Assembly (NCBI GenBank): GCA_963663165.1
Contig: OY760175.1
Coordinates: 1,344,001-1,408,000 of the forward strand
Direction of reading: 5' to 3'
DNA from: an uncultured Desulfospira sp.
GTDB taxonomy: Bacteria; Desulfobacterota; Desulfobacteria; Desulfobacterales; Desulfobacteraceae
DNA: 64,000 nt
This document shows, in pieces, positions 21,441-32,151 of the stretch; the stretch's first letter is position 1, and every line of letters begins with the position of its first letter. The translations under genes were made by a program, and so were the position numbers. A model generated the notes under the pieces. That model ran no database searches, was not told the origin of the DNA, and saw only the letters and a list, made by a program, of their open reading frames with translations.

Positions 21441-21536
21441 GTCAATATTCGCAAATTCCAAGAAGGTGTCCCCCGAATTCCATCCCCCGAATTCCGCGAA
21501 TTCCGAATCCCGGCAATGAACGTACAGGAAAAAATA

Positions 21537-21782
21537 TTAAGCAAGGACCTTCATTTGTTCATAAAGGAACTCAGGGGCCAGGTCCGCTCCGTTTTCCCAG
21601 ACAATCGTGTTCATGTCAGGGTCAACCCGGAATTTTTGAAATTCGGATAATTCTTTGAGAGGGCCGAAAACTTCGCCGGTGAGTTCATCTTGAAGGTCAA
21701 TTTCCCCGACAGCTTCGTTATTAAACCTTAGCCAAATAACATAACCTTTAATATATTTGGCTTCTTTGACATGTAAAAACAT
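21537..21782 (-). CDS. DUF2442 family protein (putative TA component)
   Basis: IWLRFNN...FGPLK...TIVWENGADLAPEFLY; paired with DUF4160. Confidence 0.85.
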   Translation of the reverse strand: MFLHVKEAKYIKGYVIWLRFNNEAVGEIDLQDELTGEVFGPLKELSEFQKFRVDPDMNTIVWENGADLAPEFLYEQMKVLA

Positions 21783-21785
21783 TTG

Positions 21786-22042
21786 TTACTCCAGTGGGGC
21801 TATGGAATTTAATTTTTCTTTATTTTCAGCCTTGGACCAGTTTTCAATCAAAGCGTCAACATTCAATATCCGCCACTCATTTATCATCCGAACAGCTCTA
21901 TTGGCCATTGTCCCTTTAACTTCTCCGCTAATAATGTCAACTGAAATCTCCTGATCACAGTATCGGGCATGAAAATGCGGCGGCATATGATCCTTATAAT
22001 AAATATAAATTACAATTCAAAAAAGCGAATAATTACAGGCAT
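21786..22042 (-). pseudogene. DUF4160 family protein, frameshifted near the 5' end
   Basis: ATG at 22042 gives MPVIIRFF, then a 1-nt deletion (TTT GA ATT instead of GGA ATT); the other frame continues IVIYIYYKDHMPPHFHARY. Confidence 0.75.
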
Positions 22043-22262
22043 TTTGCAATTACCACCCATAAATGATTTTATATACATTGTTTATGATATATCTGCTCAG
22101 CTTTGAAATCAAGTAAAGAACTCGCCCTGCCCAGAGTGATATATAAAAGTTAATAGACAGGCAATCCCTTAAATCAATGTTTTTGGGGGCAAAAACAGTC
22201 GATTAAGCCCATTTTACGTCTACTTTCAAGCAGTTAATTCTTTAATAACAGCTTGTTAGCGT

Positions 22263-24168
22263 GTCGCGGTAGGAATGCCGGTTACCCGGCACCCCCCGCA
22301 CAGATCCGTACGTGAGGTACTACCTCATACGGCTCCTACCTCGGGTAATAACGTTGAAATCTCTGATTTGGAAAAGGGTGAACAATTCTGACCCTTGGGA
22401 TCAACCATCTGATTAGTTTTTCAAAGCGCTCCCATGTGAAGTTCTGTCCTTTGTGACTCCTGCGCCTCAGTGTATGCAACCATGCCTTTGTTGTTTGGTC
22501 GTAGAAGCTTTTTACCAAATCCATGTTTCCGGGAACCGCATAATAATTCTGGAACCCTCTTATTACTGAATTTAGCCATTTTCCTGTTTCCTTTACATTG
22601 TCGTGCATACGTTCTTTCAGTTCAGCTTTGACTTCTTTCAGCTTTCGGACAAACCTTTTCTTAATAGTTTTACGACGTATGGTAAATGCGCCGCGTCGTG
22701 TCTTAGAGCACGAGTGGGTAAAGCCCAGGAAATCAAATGTCTCCGGTTTTCCTTGGCCTTTCCTCTGGCGGTTCGATTCTGCGAAACGTCCAAACTCAAT
22801 TAATCGAGTTTTATCCGGGTGCAGGTCAAGGCCAAATTTTCCCATTCTGCTAGTTAAATCCTTTAGAAAGTTTTCTGCATCATTTTTGTATTGGAAGCCG
22901 ACCACTGTATCATCGGCGTAACGGACTATGATTACGTCGCCTTTTGCATGTCTGCCTCTCCACTGATTTGCCCATAGGTCTTGTGCGTAATGCAGGTAAA
23001 CATTTGCCAATACAGGTGAGATTACCGAGCCCTGTGGGGTCCCGACTCCCTGTGCTATACGTTTACCGTCTTCAACAATCCCTACTTTGAGCCATTTTCT
23101 AATCAGCCGCAGTATTCTCTTATCCGCTACTCGGTGCTTTATAAATTTCAACAACCAATCGTGATTGATCTTGTCGAAAAATGCTGAAACATCGGCATCA
23201 AGTATATAATTTATTTTACACCTTGATATTCCCATGTATAAAGCGTCCAGAGCGTTATGTTGACTACGTTTTTCCCTGAAACCATAGCTAAAACCCATGA
23301 AGTCTGTCTCATAGATCTGGTTTAATATTATTGCCACTGCCTGCTGGACTATTTTATCTTCGAGAGCTGTTATCCCCAGTGGCCTTTTGCGGCCATCGGT
23401 CTTATTTATATAAGTCCTTTTTACCGGTGATGCTCTATAACTGCCAGCGTGCAATCTGTCGTGCAAGTATATTATCCGATTAGCTAAGTCTTCCTTGTAC
23501 ATATGCCAGGTTATTTCATCCACTCCTGGAGCAGCGTTTCTTTTTAGCTCAAAGAAGCTAACTGTCAGCAGGTCCGGGGTGATGTGATGAAAAAGGTTAT
23601 CAAACCTGACTTTCTTGTCCTGATGAGCTTTCCTACGCACACCATATAAACTGGTCGACGCAGCTACCCGCCCCTGTGTGCGGACTGCGGCAGTGCATAT
23701 GGTGTTTCCCTTGGTCAGCGTCCTTCCCTCCACCTGCTCCGCCGAGTTTTCAAACTCTTTGTTCGCTGGCTTCTTCGGTACTATGTTGCTGTCCGACTTC
23801 CACGGGCCGTGCATGGCAGCAGTATAGGATTTCCCCTTCACTGCCCGATCCCCTTTAGGGATAACCTGTGGATCTCCCGATTCCCGCGTAAAAGATGTCC
23901 ACACATGCCAGGTTCTAAGACTCCGCCGGGTTGTTCCCCTGCTTGCATAGCGCTGGGACTCATGTTGCCTTCCCTACCGGACCACGAGGTCGGCACCCGA
24001 GAGGTGGTGATTTCGGAGCTCAATAGCCCGCCTGTGCTTCCCTCTGTCCACGCTTCAGCCAATGCATTACTGCAATCGCCGCATGACTCGAGGCTGGTGT
24101 GATTTGCTAAACCTTCACCATAAGACTCTTTCATTCTCTATCCTTTACCGGTTTTAATCGGCGCTTTC
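22263..24168 (-). mobile_element. Group II intron (ribozyme plus RT/maturase ORF), 1906 nt
   Basis: Domain V GAGCCGTATGAGGTAGTACCTCACGTACGGATC; domain VI ending CCTACCGCGAC; boundaries fixed by comparison with uninterrupted R copies; EBS1 loop at 23978-23986. Confidence 0.92.
22336..23814 (-). CDS. ltrA: Group II intron reverse transcriptase/maturase (no HNH endonuclease domain seen)
   Basis: RPLGITALEDK, GTPQGSVISPVLAN, RYADD, FDFLGF and X domain; likely start MHGPWKSD at 23814. Confidence 0.93.
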   Translation of the reverse strand: MHGPWKSDSNIVPKKPANKEFENSAEQVEGRTLTKGNTICTAAVRTQGRVAASTSLYGVRRKAHQDKKVRFDNLFHHITPDLLTVSFFELKRNAAPGVDEITWHMYKEDLANRIIYLHDRLHAGSYRASPVKRTYINKTDGRKRPLGITALEDKIVQQAVAIILNQIYETDFMGFSYGFREKRSQHNALDALYMGISRCKINYILDADVSAFFDKINHDWLLKFIKHRVADKRILRLIRKWLKVGIVEDGKRIAQGVGTPQGSVISPVLANVYLHYAQDLWANQWRGRHAKGDVIIVRYADDTVVGFQYKNDAENFLKDLTSRMGKFGLDLHPDKTRLIEFGRFAESNRQRKGQGKPETFDFLGFTHSCSKTRRGAFTIRRKTIKKRFVRKLKEVKAELKERMHDNVKETGKWLNSVIRGFQNYYAVPGNMDLVKSFYDQTTKAWLHTLRRRSHKGQNFTWERFEKLIRWLIPRVRIVHPFPNQRFQRYYPR

Positions 24169-24386
24169 GGCCCGACCCCACCGCCAACCCACCGCCAGAC
24201 CCCCGCTGCGCTTTTAAATCTGTGAAATAGTGTTTGTTATGAAACCTTTCATATCTTATAATACAATACAAAAATGACTATTATTTCAGACTGGATTGCA
24301 TTGAGTTTGTAAAATGAAGGAACCATTTTATCCATTTTTCTAAATGGGATAGGATTTTTTTTAAAATGATCAACTACACAGCTAAA

Positions 24387-26229
24387 CCCAAAACAAGCGT
24401 GAGATAAGTAATAAAAATGAGATAAAATCCTCGAAACGCCTATCAATAAAAGGTATAATAAGTTTACCACAACGAAATATACCAAATTGAAAGGACGTTT
24501 CGAGTGAATAAAAATATCAACAAAAATTTGGCAAAACGCAAGAAAAAAATAAGCAAAAAGCTCAACAAAAGAGATTGGGATGAACAGCCAGCCCCTATGT
24601 TTAAAGCATCCAACATTCAATACGAGATTGACGGTCGCCTCCAAGGGGTTGCTCCCGGCGGCATAGGGTTAATTCATATGCTTGCCAAAAAGACCGGCCT
24701 TCTGAAAGAAATTGATAAGGAGCTCGAACTGCTTAAACGCCATTTGCCCTATCATGAATCAGATCATGTCGCCAACATGGCATATAATATTCTTGCCGGT
24801 GGCACCTGCCTTCAGGATATTGAGCTGCTCAGAAACAATGAAGCCTGGTTGAATGCTCTGGATGCAGAAATTATCCCCGATCCCACTACAGCCGGAGACT
24901 TTTTGCGCCGGTTTTCCAAGGAAGATATCATAACTCTGCAGGACGTCAAAAATACCATCCGGAAAAAGGTATGGGAAAAGCAGCCGCAAAACTTCAAGAA
25001 AGAAGCCATCATCAATATCGACGGCACTATCAGTGAAACAACCGGCGAGTGCAAACAGGGTATGGACATCTCTTATAATGGTAAGTGGGGATATGCCCCT
25101 CTGATAGTCTCTCTGGAAAAAACAAGGGAGCCTCTTTATATAATCAATCGATCCGGCAATGCTCCGTCCCACCTCAACTCTGCGGGTTGGGTGGATAAGT
25201 CCCTTGATCTGCTGGAAGGCACTTTTAAAAAATTATACGTTCGGGGTGATACTGATTTCAGCCTTACTTCCAATTTTGACAAATGGGATCAACGCTGTAC
25301 CTTTGTCTTTGGCATGGATGCCAGATCAAACCTGATAAAACTGGCCGGTGGTCTTTCAGATTCCGAATGGGAGATATTTGAAAAACAGCCGCAAGCCATC
25401 AAAACAATCCCCAGAAAACGTCCCGAAAATATCAAACTTCAAGTGGTCAAAAAACGCAATTTCAAACGTCTTGAGACCGCCTGTGAACATATAGCCGAAT
25501 TTGAATATAAACCTGGTAAATGTCGGCAACCCTACCGGATGATCGTGCTGCGCAAAACAATAAATGAGTATAAAGGCGAACGTCTATTGTTTGACGATAT
25601 CCGTTACTTTTTTTACATCACAAACGATTGGAAAAAATCAGCCAGGCACCTGGTGGATTTTTACCGGAAACGGGCGGATCACGAAAATGACATTGATCAG
25701 TTGAAACATGGCGTGCATGCAATGGCTAATCCTTCTGATTCCCTAAATGCCAACTGGGCCTATATGGTTGTTGCATCTTTGGCATGGGATCTGAAAGCCT
25801 GGTATGGAATGATGATGCCGTATCGAGCTTTAGGTCTCTCCATCGTCCGTATGGAATTCAAACGCTTTATCCAGACATTTATAAATATCCCTTGCTTGAT
25901 CATACGTTCCAGCAGGGCCATTAAATATCGAATCATTGGTTATAACAACAGGCTCACAAGCGTGTTCAAGTTTTTTAACTCTTTGAAGACTGCCTGGGTT
26001 ACATGATGCCTTTGCTCCGGACAGTTATTGCAAACGGGCTGCAATGGCGAGTCTAAAACCTGTAGATTTCAAAAGGGAATTTAAGCAATGAACCACAACA
26101 CAATCGGCAGTATTCCAAAAAACATCAGGACTCGTGCGTCTGTTTGATGGAAATTGGAGACACAAAATAATAGCTCGGGTCGACAATTGCTTATGAGAAA
26201 TTCATTTTTTATAACACGCTTGTTTTGGG
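24387..26229 (+). mobile_element. IS1380-family insertion sequence
   Basis: TIR CCCAAAACAAGCGTG / CACGCTTGTTTTGGG; (G)CTAAA direct repeat on both flanks. Confidence 0.92.
24504..26006 (+). CDS. IS1380-family transposase
   Basis: IPDPTTAGDFLRRF, INIDGT, VRGDTDF, YRKRADHENDIDQLK. Confidence 0.92.
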   Translation: MNKNINKNLAKRKKKISKKLNKRDWDEQPAPMFKASNIQYEIDGRLQGVAPGGIGLIHMLAKKTGLLKEIDKELELLKRHLPYHESDHVANMAYNILAGGTCLQDIELLRNNEAWLNALDAEIIPDPTTAGDFLRRFSKEDIITLQDVKNTIRKKVWEKQPQNFKKEAIINIDGTISETTGECKQGMDISYNGKWGYAPLIVSLEKTREPLYIINRSGNAPSHLNSAGWVDKSLDLLEGTFKKLYVRGDTDFSLTSNFDKWDQRCTFVFGMDARSNLIKLAGGLSDSEWEIFEKQPQAIKTIPRKRPENIKLQVVKKRNFKRLETACEHIAEFEYKPGKCRQPYRMIVLRKTINEYKGERLLFDDIRYFFYITNDWKKSARHLVDFYRKRADHENDIDQLKHGVHAMANPSDSLNANWAYMVVASLAWDLKAWYGMMMPYRALGLSIVRMEFKRFIQTFINIPCLIIRSSRAIKYRIIGYNNRLTSVFKFFNSLKTAWVT

Positions 26230-26431
26230 GCTAAATACACAAAAATCGATTCAGGGTACATGGGCCAGTTGGTGGAATGGCCCGAAGTGATCACCGAAGG
26301 CAAGAATCTTGAAGAATGCCGGGCCATGCTTCGGGATGCGCTCAATGAGATGGTGCTTGCTTACCGCCAAACCGGCAGGGAAATGCCCATTGGCAACGCT
26401 ATTATTGAGCAACTGCCCATTGAGGTTCACT

Positions 26432-26711
26432 ATGTCGGTCAAACGGCGTGATCTTATCCAACACATGAAACAGAATGGTTTCCATCTCCTAAGGGAAGGC
26501 GCCAACCATGCTATTTATATGAAAGTCTCACTAACGTCCTGAGAAGACTTTCAATATTTGTTGTGGGCGGCTCTTGGTTGGATAACCCAAGCCGTCCGTG
26601 ACGGTTTATACAAATGGAACCAAAATCATCCCTGTAAAACGCCACCGGCAATTCGATAGAATCACCGCAAACGAACTCTGCAAGCAAGCCGGGATAACAC
26701 CTAAATTCTAA
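26432..26711 (+). pseudogene. hicA: HicA-family toxin interrupted by a 91-bp hairpin element
   Basis: Removing the insert restores 62 aa MSVKRRDLIQH...REGANHAIY|TNGTKIIPVKRHRQ...CKQAGITPKF. Confidence 0.88.
26514..26610. mobile_element. 91-bp non-autonomous two-hairpin element bounded by TTTATA
   Basis: TGAAAGTCT...AGACTTTCA hairpin plus GGGCGGCTCTTGG...CCAAGCCGTCC hairpin; inserted in hicA; two more copies at 43416-43610. Confidence 0.85.
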
Positions 26712-26895
26712 TGATTGGATGAAATGGAAGTTTGCCATTGAAAGCTTGGCCAGCTTTTAAAAGTGTAACGCCTATCCCCTATATTCATAACGAAATAATG
26801 TAACGACCAGATACCCCGCTGCCATACCCTGCTAAAAAATTATAAAAATCATACCCCGCATGCCGACCCCGCCGGTAGACCCCGCCGCTGACTTA

Positions 26896-28274
26896 GGGAT
26901 GTGGTAAAATTAAAACCCACAATTCATTCCTCATAGCATGGAATATCAACAGCCCATTTTTCAATCCCTGGAATCCGAATAATTTTGTTTTCTATATTAT
27001 TCACGGCGGACTTGACCAAACGTACCCCTGTCGGGTAAACACCTTTGATTAATTTGACGACAGGATTTTCTCCTTTCCATGTCATTGTTCGACATAGACC
27101 GAGAACCTTTTCAATTTTGTTCAGCAATTCGCCTTTCCAATGATTTTCCAAAACACCCCAAACTCGCTCTATTGGGTTGTATTTACTGTGGTACGGGGGA
27201 TAGTACACCAAACTAATATTTACAAATGCTGATTTGGCAAAGTCCACGAGGCGACTAATGAATTGGCTCCTTCGGCTACTATTTTCCGGCCCATTATCAA
27301 GATTGATCACCAGTGTATGTGGGGCGAATCTTGCGTTCAAAGAAGGCCAGAGTGATTCCAGCGCATCAATCATGAAATCAGAGGTGATGTTGCTTTCAGT
27401 GAAGTACATATAATTTTCATCCAGAGCAGGTATGTTGATACCGAAAAGTTTCAAAAGGGAATCGGGTTTAAAATCATGGTCCGCCGCTTTAAGATTGCAA
27501 CGACTATATCCGCCTCGGGAATAAGGCCCTATTTTAATAGTGGCTTTTGCGTCCATTGAGATACGTAAAACGCCATCTGTTTCATCGGCTAGTTGGTTTG
27601 TCCTATGCACATATTCAAAAATGATGTCTGTTTCAGGAATTTTTTTTTACCTTGGCTTTGGCGACCTTCTTCAGTTTAAAACCCAATTTATTCATTATGG
27701 TGGATAGAGTCCGTACTGTTGGCATATTCTCAGGGTCATATCCCATGTCGTCAACTAATCGACGGAATACTTCATTCGCAGATATTGGGGAATATAAATT
27801 CTGGGTACGGAATGTAGGATCAGTCTGACATATAGGGTTTACAATACGAGTTATGTCCTCTTTTAAATTCGGAAAATGTTCTAAACACGATTTCCGGCCT
27901 CGTCCGGAAAAATTATCAACACAGGTAACTCCGCTTTCTATTTCCCGTCGCCCTTTGATTATTGTTTTCCGATCCCAACCCAGTTCTCTTTCAGCCTTTA
28001 GTTGTCCGCCGTGCCCCATAAGGGAGACAACGCGTGCCATGAATTGGCGCCGTTCATGGCCTTTTAATTTGCTTCGAGTGGTATTCAGAAAATCCTTTAG
28101 TGGTGGCGTTAATTCCGATATAGTTTTGGGTAAATTGTGCTTAGAATGATCAAACATGGTCCTCCTGTATTTTTATGTAATCTTCCATGTTGACCATAAA
28201 CTATCGATTCCATGTTGTCTATAAAAATCAGAATTCAGACTATGGAATTGTGGATATTAATTTTTCTGAGGCCC
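26896..28274 (-). mobile_element. ISAzo13-family IS, copy 1
   Basis: GGG...CCC imperfect TIRs, TTA on both flanks; near-identical to 55568-56947. Confidence 0.92.
26924..28157 (-). CDS. ISAzo13 transposase in two ORFs (27633-28157, 26924-27610) joined at an A9 run
   Basis: GWDRKTI, QTDPTF; KKIPETD across the shift; ISMDAKA, DNGPEN, YYPPYHSKYNPIER. Confidence 0.88.
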
Positions 28275-28325
28275 TTATTCAAAATTTGCTACATATAATC
28301 TCCGTGATTCGAATCTTGGAGAAAA

Positions 28326-28676
28326 ATGATGGCAAAGAATTCTCGTGGAAAACGCCCTTGCTCTATTTGCCGAAAATGGTTTGCTCCTGATGTAAGACAA
28401 AAAGGCCGACAGAGAACATGCAGTCCGGTTTGCCAAAATGAGCTTCATCGAAGGCAATGTGAAAACTGGAACAGGAAAAACAAAGCGGTCTCCATAAATA
28501 ATTACCTGGCAAAGAAAATTGAAAAGGCTCAAAACCTTCAAACATCCGGGAAATTGCCTGTTTTGCCGCTGGAAGTTATTGAAACAGAATACGGTATCAA
28601 GCCGGCAATTATCGTCGAATATCTGGTTGCCCAGGTTATCTGTCATACCAAAGAAAAAATTCGAGAATTCCCATAA
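28326..28676 (+). CDS. Hypothetical Cys-rich (putative Zn-finger) protein
   Basis: PCSICRKWF...TCSPVC; GGAG RBS. Confidence 0.7.
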   Translation: MMAKNSRGKRPCSICRKWFAPDVRQKGRQRTCSPVCQNELHRRQCENWNRKNKAVSINNYLAKKIEKAQNLQTSGKLPVLPLEVIETEYGIKPAIIVEYLVAQVICHTKEKIREFP

Positions 28677-28684
28677 ACACCTCT

Positions 28685-28852
28685 GACTAATCGAATATTG
28701 ATTTCAAGAGACAAGGTTATGGTAACCTCTTGTAATATTAAGATATACAAACAGAGTAATCGAATTTTGATTCTAAGAGACATCATGCGCATAAGTTGTT
28801 GATAATATATATAGATACAAACAGAGTAATCAGTATTCCAGTTCAAGAGGCA
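28685..28852 (+). repeat. Three imperfect ~29-bp direct repeats at 69-70 bp spacing
   Basis: GA(C/G)TAATC...AAGAG(A/G)CA at 28685, 28754 and 28824; exact 17-mer ATACAAACAGAGTAATC at 28745 and 28815. Confidence 0.7.
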
Positions 28853-28919
28853 ACTGACAGCCGACCCTGGCCGGTGATATAAAAAGGCATCTGAAATTCT
28901 AAAAATAAGGAGATGTCTC

Positions 28920-29276
28920 ATGGCAAACAGGTTTTCATCCCGGGAATTATTTGAACTGAGGAACAATATCCCTGTGGATATGCTGATCAGGGATCATTTA
29001 CAGATTCCATCCAAGATCAGGGATGGCTACTTTCGTTTTCTATGCCCTTTGTGCAATGAATTTCAAACCGCTGTAAATCCAGGCACGAACCTGGCCAGGT
29101 GCTTCAGATGCGAAAAGAATTTTAATACCATCGACCTTGTCATGAAAATCAAGGGTTATGGCTTCCGGGATAGTGTTTTGTTTTTGAAACAAATAAATAC
29201 GGCCCCCCAGGTTCAGACCGCAAAATTGACGGCTCTTGCTGCTATGGTCGGCAGACCCATGCCGGCAGGGCAGTGA
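28920..29276 (+). CDS. CHC2-type zinc-finger protein (DnaG Zn-binding-domain-like)
   Basis: FLCPLC...ARCFRC...NTIDLVM..KGYGFRDSV. Confidence 0.8.
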   Translation: MANRFSSRELFELRNNIPVDMLIRDHLQIPSKIRDGYFRFLCPLCNEFQTAVNPGTNLARCFRCEKNFNTIDLVMKIKGYGFRDSVLFLKQINTAPQVQTAKLTALAAMVGRPMPAGQ

Positions 29277-29836
29277 ATATGGAACGGTTGCTTGAGCTTG
29301 AAACCCTGATTGGTCGCAACCAGGAATGTTTTTACAAAATCGGTCGGGCCTTGAAGGAAATTCGAGATAACCGTTTGTACAAACAGGCTTTGTTTGAGTC
29401 ATTTGAAACATATACCAGGCAGCGATGGGATATGGGCAAGGCTTATGCCTACCGCCTGATCAGAGCCTATGAAGTGATCTACAATTTGTCGCCAATTGGC
29501 GACAAGCTACCTGCCAACGAATCCCAGGTCCGTCCCCTGACTCAAATGGACTCCATAGAACAACGCCGTATCTGGAGGGAGATTATAAACAGCGGCATGG
29601 AACTGACCGCACAAAATATCAAAAAATTTATTGAGGCCCGGAAAACGGCTCCGGCAAGTAGACCGGATCTGACAAATAAAATTTCAAATGAATACATGGC
29701 TGTTGTAAAGGCAATGCTTGAGCAGGTCCGTGTGGCACAACATGATCATTGGCAGCAGACCTCCCGCCAAGCCGCATTGTTGTGGCACCGGGTCATATAC
29801 GAAAAGATCATATCAAAGGGGGCAGATAATGGATGA
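29273..29836 (+). CDS. Hypothetical putative DNA-binding protein of the mobile element
   Basis: IGRALKEIRDNRLY...FETY...AYRLI...PANESQVRPL; translationally coupled to its neighbours. Confidence 0.65.
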   Translation: MNMERLLELETLIGRNQECFYKIGRALKEIRDNRLYKQALFESFETYTRQRWDMGKAYAYRLIRAYEVIYNLSPIGDKLPANESQVRPLTQMDSIEQRRIWREIINSGMELTAQNIKKFIEARKTAPASRPDLTNKISNEYMAVVKAMLEQVRVAQHDHWQQTSRQAALLWHRVIYEKIISKGADNG

Positions 29837-31492
29837 CCTAAGCATTGACGACCGCTTCCACTTACTGCTGCACAAAAAAATCATGAACAAAACTGGATCT
29901 GCCAAGAGAAGATCCAAAAAATATTACAAGGACCAGTACAAAAAAAACGGGATTATCCCGCCTCCCCTTTTACTGGTTGAAAAAGGAATTATGGATGGCC
30001 GCAAGTGCAGCGGGCGGCCCAGAGTCATAGACGAACAAACCCAAAGGCGGTTTATTGAAATGGTCAAGGCGTCATGCGACCCCTCATCCCAGGGGTTCAT
30101 TTTTATCACCCGGAGAGCCAGGACCATTAAAAATTACCACTACTGGCTTGAGGAAGAGTTGGGGAAAAAATCAGTCTTCCTGCACTTTGGCGATGCGCCA
30201 AAAGGGAGAATCTCAAATTTTACCTGGAAAAAGAGGACGATCAGGAGCCGTCACCGGCACGTTATACCTTCAAATCGGTTCCGGTGTTTACCTTGATCCA
30301 GGTTGACGGTTGCAAGTTCCAATATTTAAGAATCAGAGATGAACATGGCCACTGGCAGAAACCACAGGTAATTGAAATATTCGATACCGGCTCCAGGAAG
30401 CTGTTTATTATGGAATTCTATTTTACCGAAAGCAATCTGAACGCTGTGGACCTTTTTACCCGTTTTTTGTTGTGCACACCTTTTCCTTTGATAACAATCG
30501 GTATCAGGCCTGATCGGGCAAAGGGATTTTTAAATCTCAAGCGTCCCATTAATGCTATTAACCTTGCGCATTCTACGCCGGGCGGTTTTTATTTGGCACC
30601 GGAATTTTCAAGGGCGCATTCCCCCAAAGATAAGGCGCATCTGGAATCTTCACACCGGAGCCTGCACAATTTTGAAATAAGGGTTATCAAAACCTTTGAG
30701 GACAGGATTGTGAAAACCGTTACCGAATACGATTTCAAGCGGGGAAGAAAGGAAAAAGTTACTGTAACCCTTCTTGATATCACCCTTGATGAATTGAGGA
30801 ACAGCACTGTGCTCAGTCAATACCGTAACGAACACAATCATACACAACATTATTTTACCGAAGACGGCGTAGTCAGTGCCTGGGTACCGGCACAAAAGTT
30901 TGATGATTTTTTATCAAACCAGACAGACACCCTGAATTTTACCCCGGAGCAGGTTCAGGAATATATGAAATACGGTTACAGGAAAATCAAAGCCACGGTA
31001 TCCAAACATAGAACCATCCGCCATGACAAAAGGGATTATTATGTGACCAGTGGTGCAGACCGGTTCAGCAGGCATAAAAGTACACCGGTAAAAATATCCA
31101 GATACAGGGACAAACTTTTTATCTTTGAGCCCAGTGAAGACGGCATACTGATAGGCGAAGCCATTGCAAAAAAGCCGTTTGACAGCCCGCCGTCCCCAGC
31201 GCCCGCTCCTGTGCCAGACGAACTCGACACCATTATCGCTCTTTTGGAAAAGCACAATATGGCCGTTGATCGGCCTATTTTAATCGAAGTTTACCATAAG
31301 GGCCTCACCCTGTCCCTAGCGGAGCAAGTACTTCACCATAATCAATCAAGGTACGCAGATTACATGAAAAAAATGAACCAGCCTGAGGAACGTAAAAATC
31401 AAGCCTTATTTAATGCTTTTATGCTTGATTGCCAAAAATCGTTAAATACGAATCAGGTGGCCACTTATGCATCCCACGGAGATATGCCATGA
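29829..31492 (+). pseudogene. DDE transposase/integrase (rve/Mu-like) with a frameshift at GGGGAAAAAA (30161-30170)
   Basis: N-terminal SGRPRV HTH-like region; the shifted frame ISLPALWRC... joins ORF 30284-31492 with IQVDG, RPDRAKGF, KAHLESSH. Confidence 0.7.
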
Positions 31493-32151
31493 AAGAGGAT
31501 TTTATCAGTGATAAACGAAGGGTCTCATACCTGTCTGCTACTTATAACAGGATATACAGGGGTCAAAGCGTACTCATTGAAGGGGATTTTGGCGCAGGCA
31601 AAACTCGTTTTTTAAGACTGCTGCGGCCTAAAAAGCTCCATGCCGTATGGGTCGAGTCTCTGTTCAACATCCATGAAACCCTGGCATCCATACTTAAAGA
31701 ACTGAATTATGAGACCTCCGCCACTTACCGCCGGACTCCCCAGTACCTGAAAACGATCTGCAACCTATCCAATTGTTTTATCATCATAGATGAAGCCAAC
31801 GACCTGGACTCCCGGGTTTGGCCATATCTCAAACGAATTATTGATGCCGGTGTCCCCATCGTATTTGCAGGGCTCCCCAAGGTCAGAACCTATTTGAGCC
31901 GGAATCATCCCGATATACTCAGCCGGCTCAAAACTCTGATTTTATATCCCATAGAGGTCGAGGACTTCATTGAAAAATACAAAGATATCCAGCATGAAGC
32001 AGTTGAACAGATATATATGGCCGTCAAAGGCGACATGAGAAAATTTAAAGAAATCTGTACAGACTGTCAGGACAGGGCAAAGGAGTTGAACCACAACTTT
32101 GTTGATATCAATCTTGCCCTGGAATTTATATCCGACCTTCCTCCCCAGTAA
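31489..32151 (+). CDS. AAA+ ATPase (TniB/ExeA/MuB-like transposition helper)
   Basis: GDFGAGKT Walker A, IIIDEA Walker B; ATG overlaps the transposase stop (ATGA). Confidence 0.8.
   Translation: MKEDFISDKRRVSYLSATYNRIYRGQSVLIEGDFGAGKTRFLRLLRPKKLHAVWVESLFNIHETLASILKELNYETSATYRRTPQYLKTICNLSNCFIIIDEANDLDSRVWPYLKRIIDAGVPIVFAGLPKVRTYLSRNHPDILSRLKTLILYPIEVEDFIEKYKDIQHEAVEQIYMAVKGDMRKFKEICTDCQDRAKELNHNFVDINLALEFISDLPPQ

Larger units (their letters stand above)
22167..24179 (+). repeat. R repeat copy B, split by the group II intron (22167-22262 + 24169-24179)
   Basis: Removing 22263-24168 restores a 107-bp unit ccttaaatc...ttagcgt|ggcccgacccc, colinear with copy C. Confidence 0.88.
24366..26451 (+). 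pseudogene. hicB: HicB-family antitoxin interrupted by IS1380
   Basis: Removing the IS and one TSD restores 78 aa MINYTAK|YTKIDSGYMGQLVEWPEVITEGKNLEEC... Confidence 0.85.

Noticed and set aside
23838..24134. 98-aa ORF MKESYGEGLANH...
   Set aside because: It falls inside intron domain I RNA and is probably spurious.
30161..30170. Programmed -1 frameshift in the DDE transposase
   Set aside because: The in-frame context (TTG GGG AAA AAA) is not a canonical X XXY YYZ site, so it is treated as a probable 1-nt deletion or homopolymer error pending other copies.
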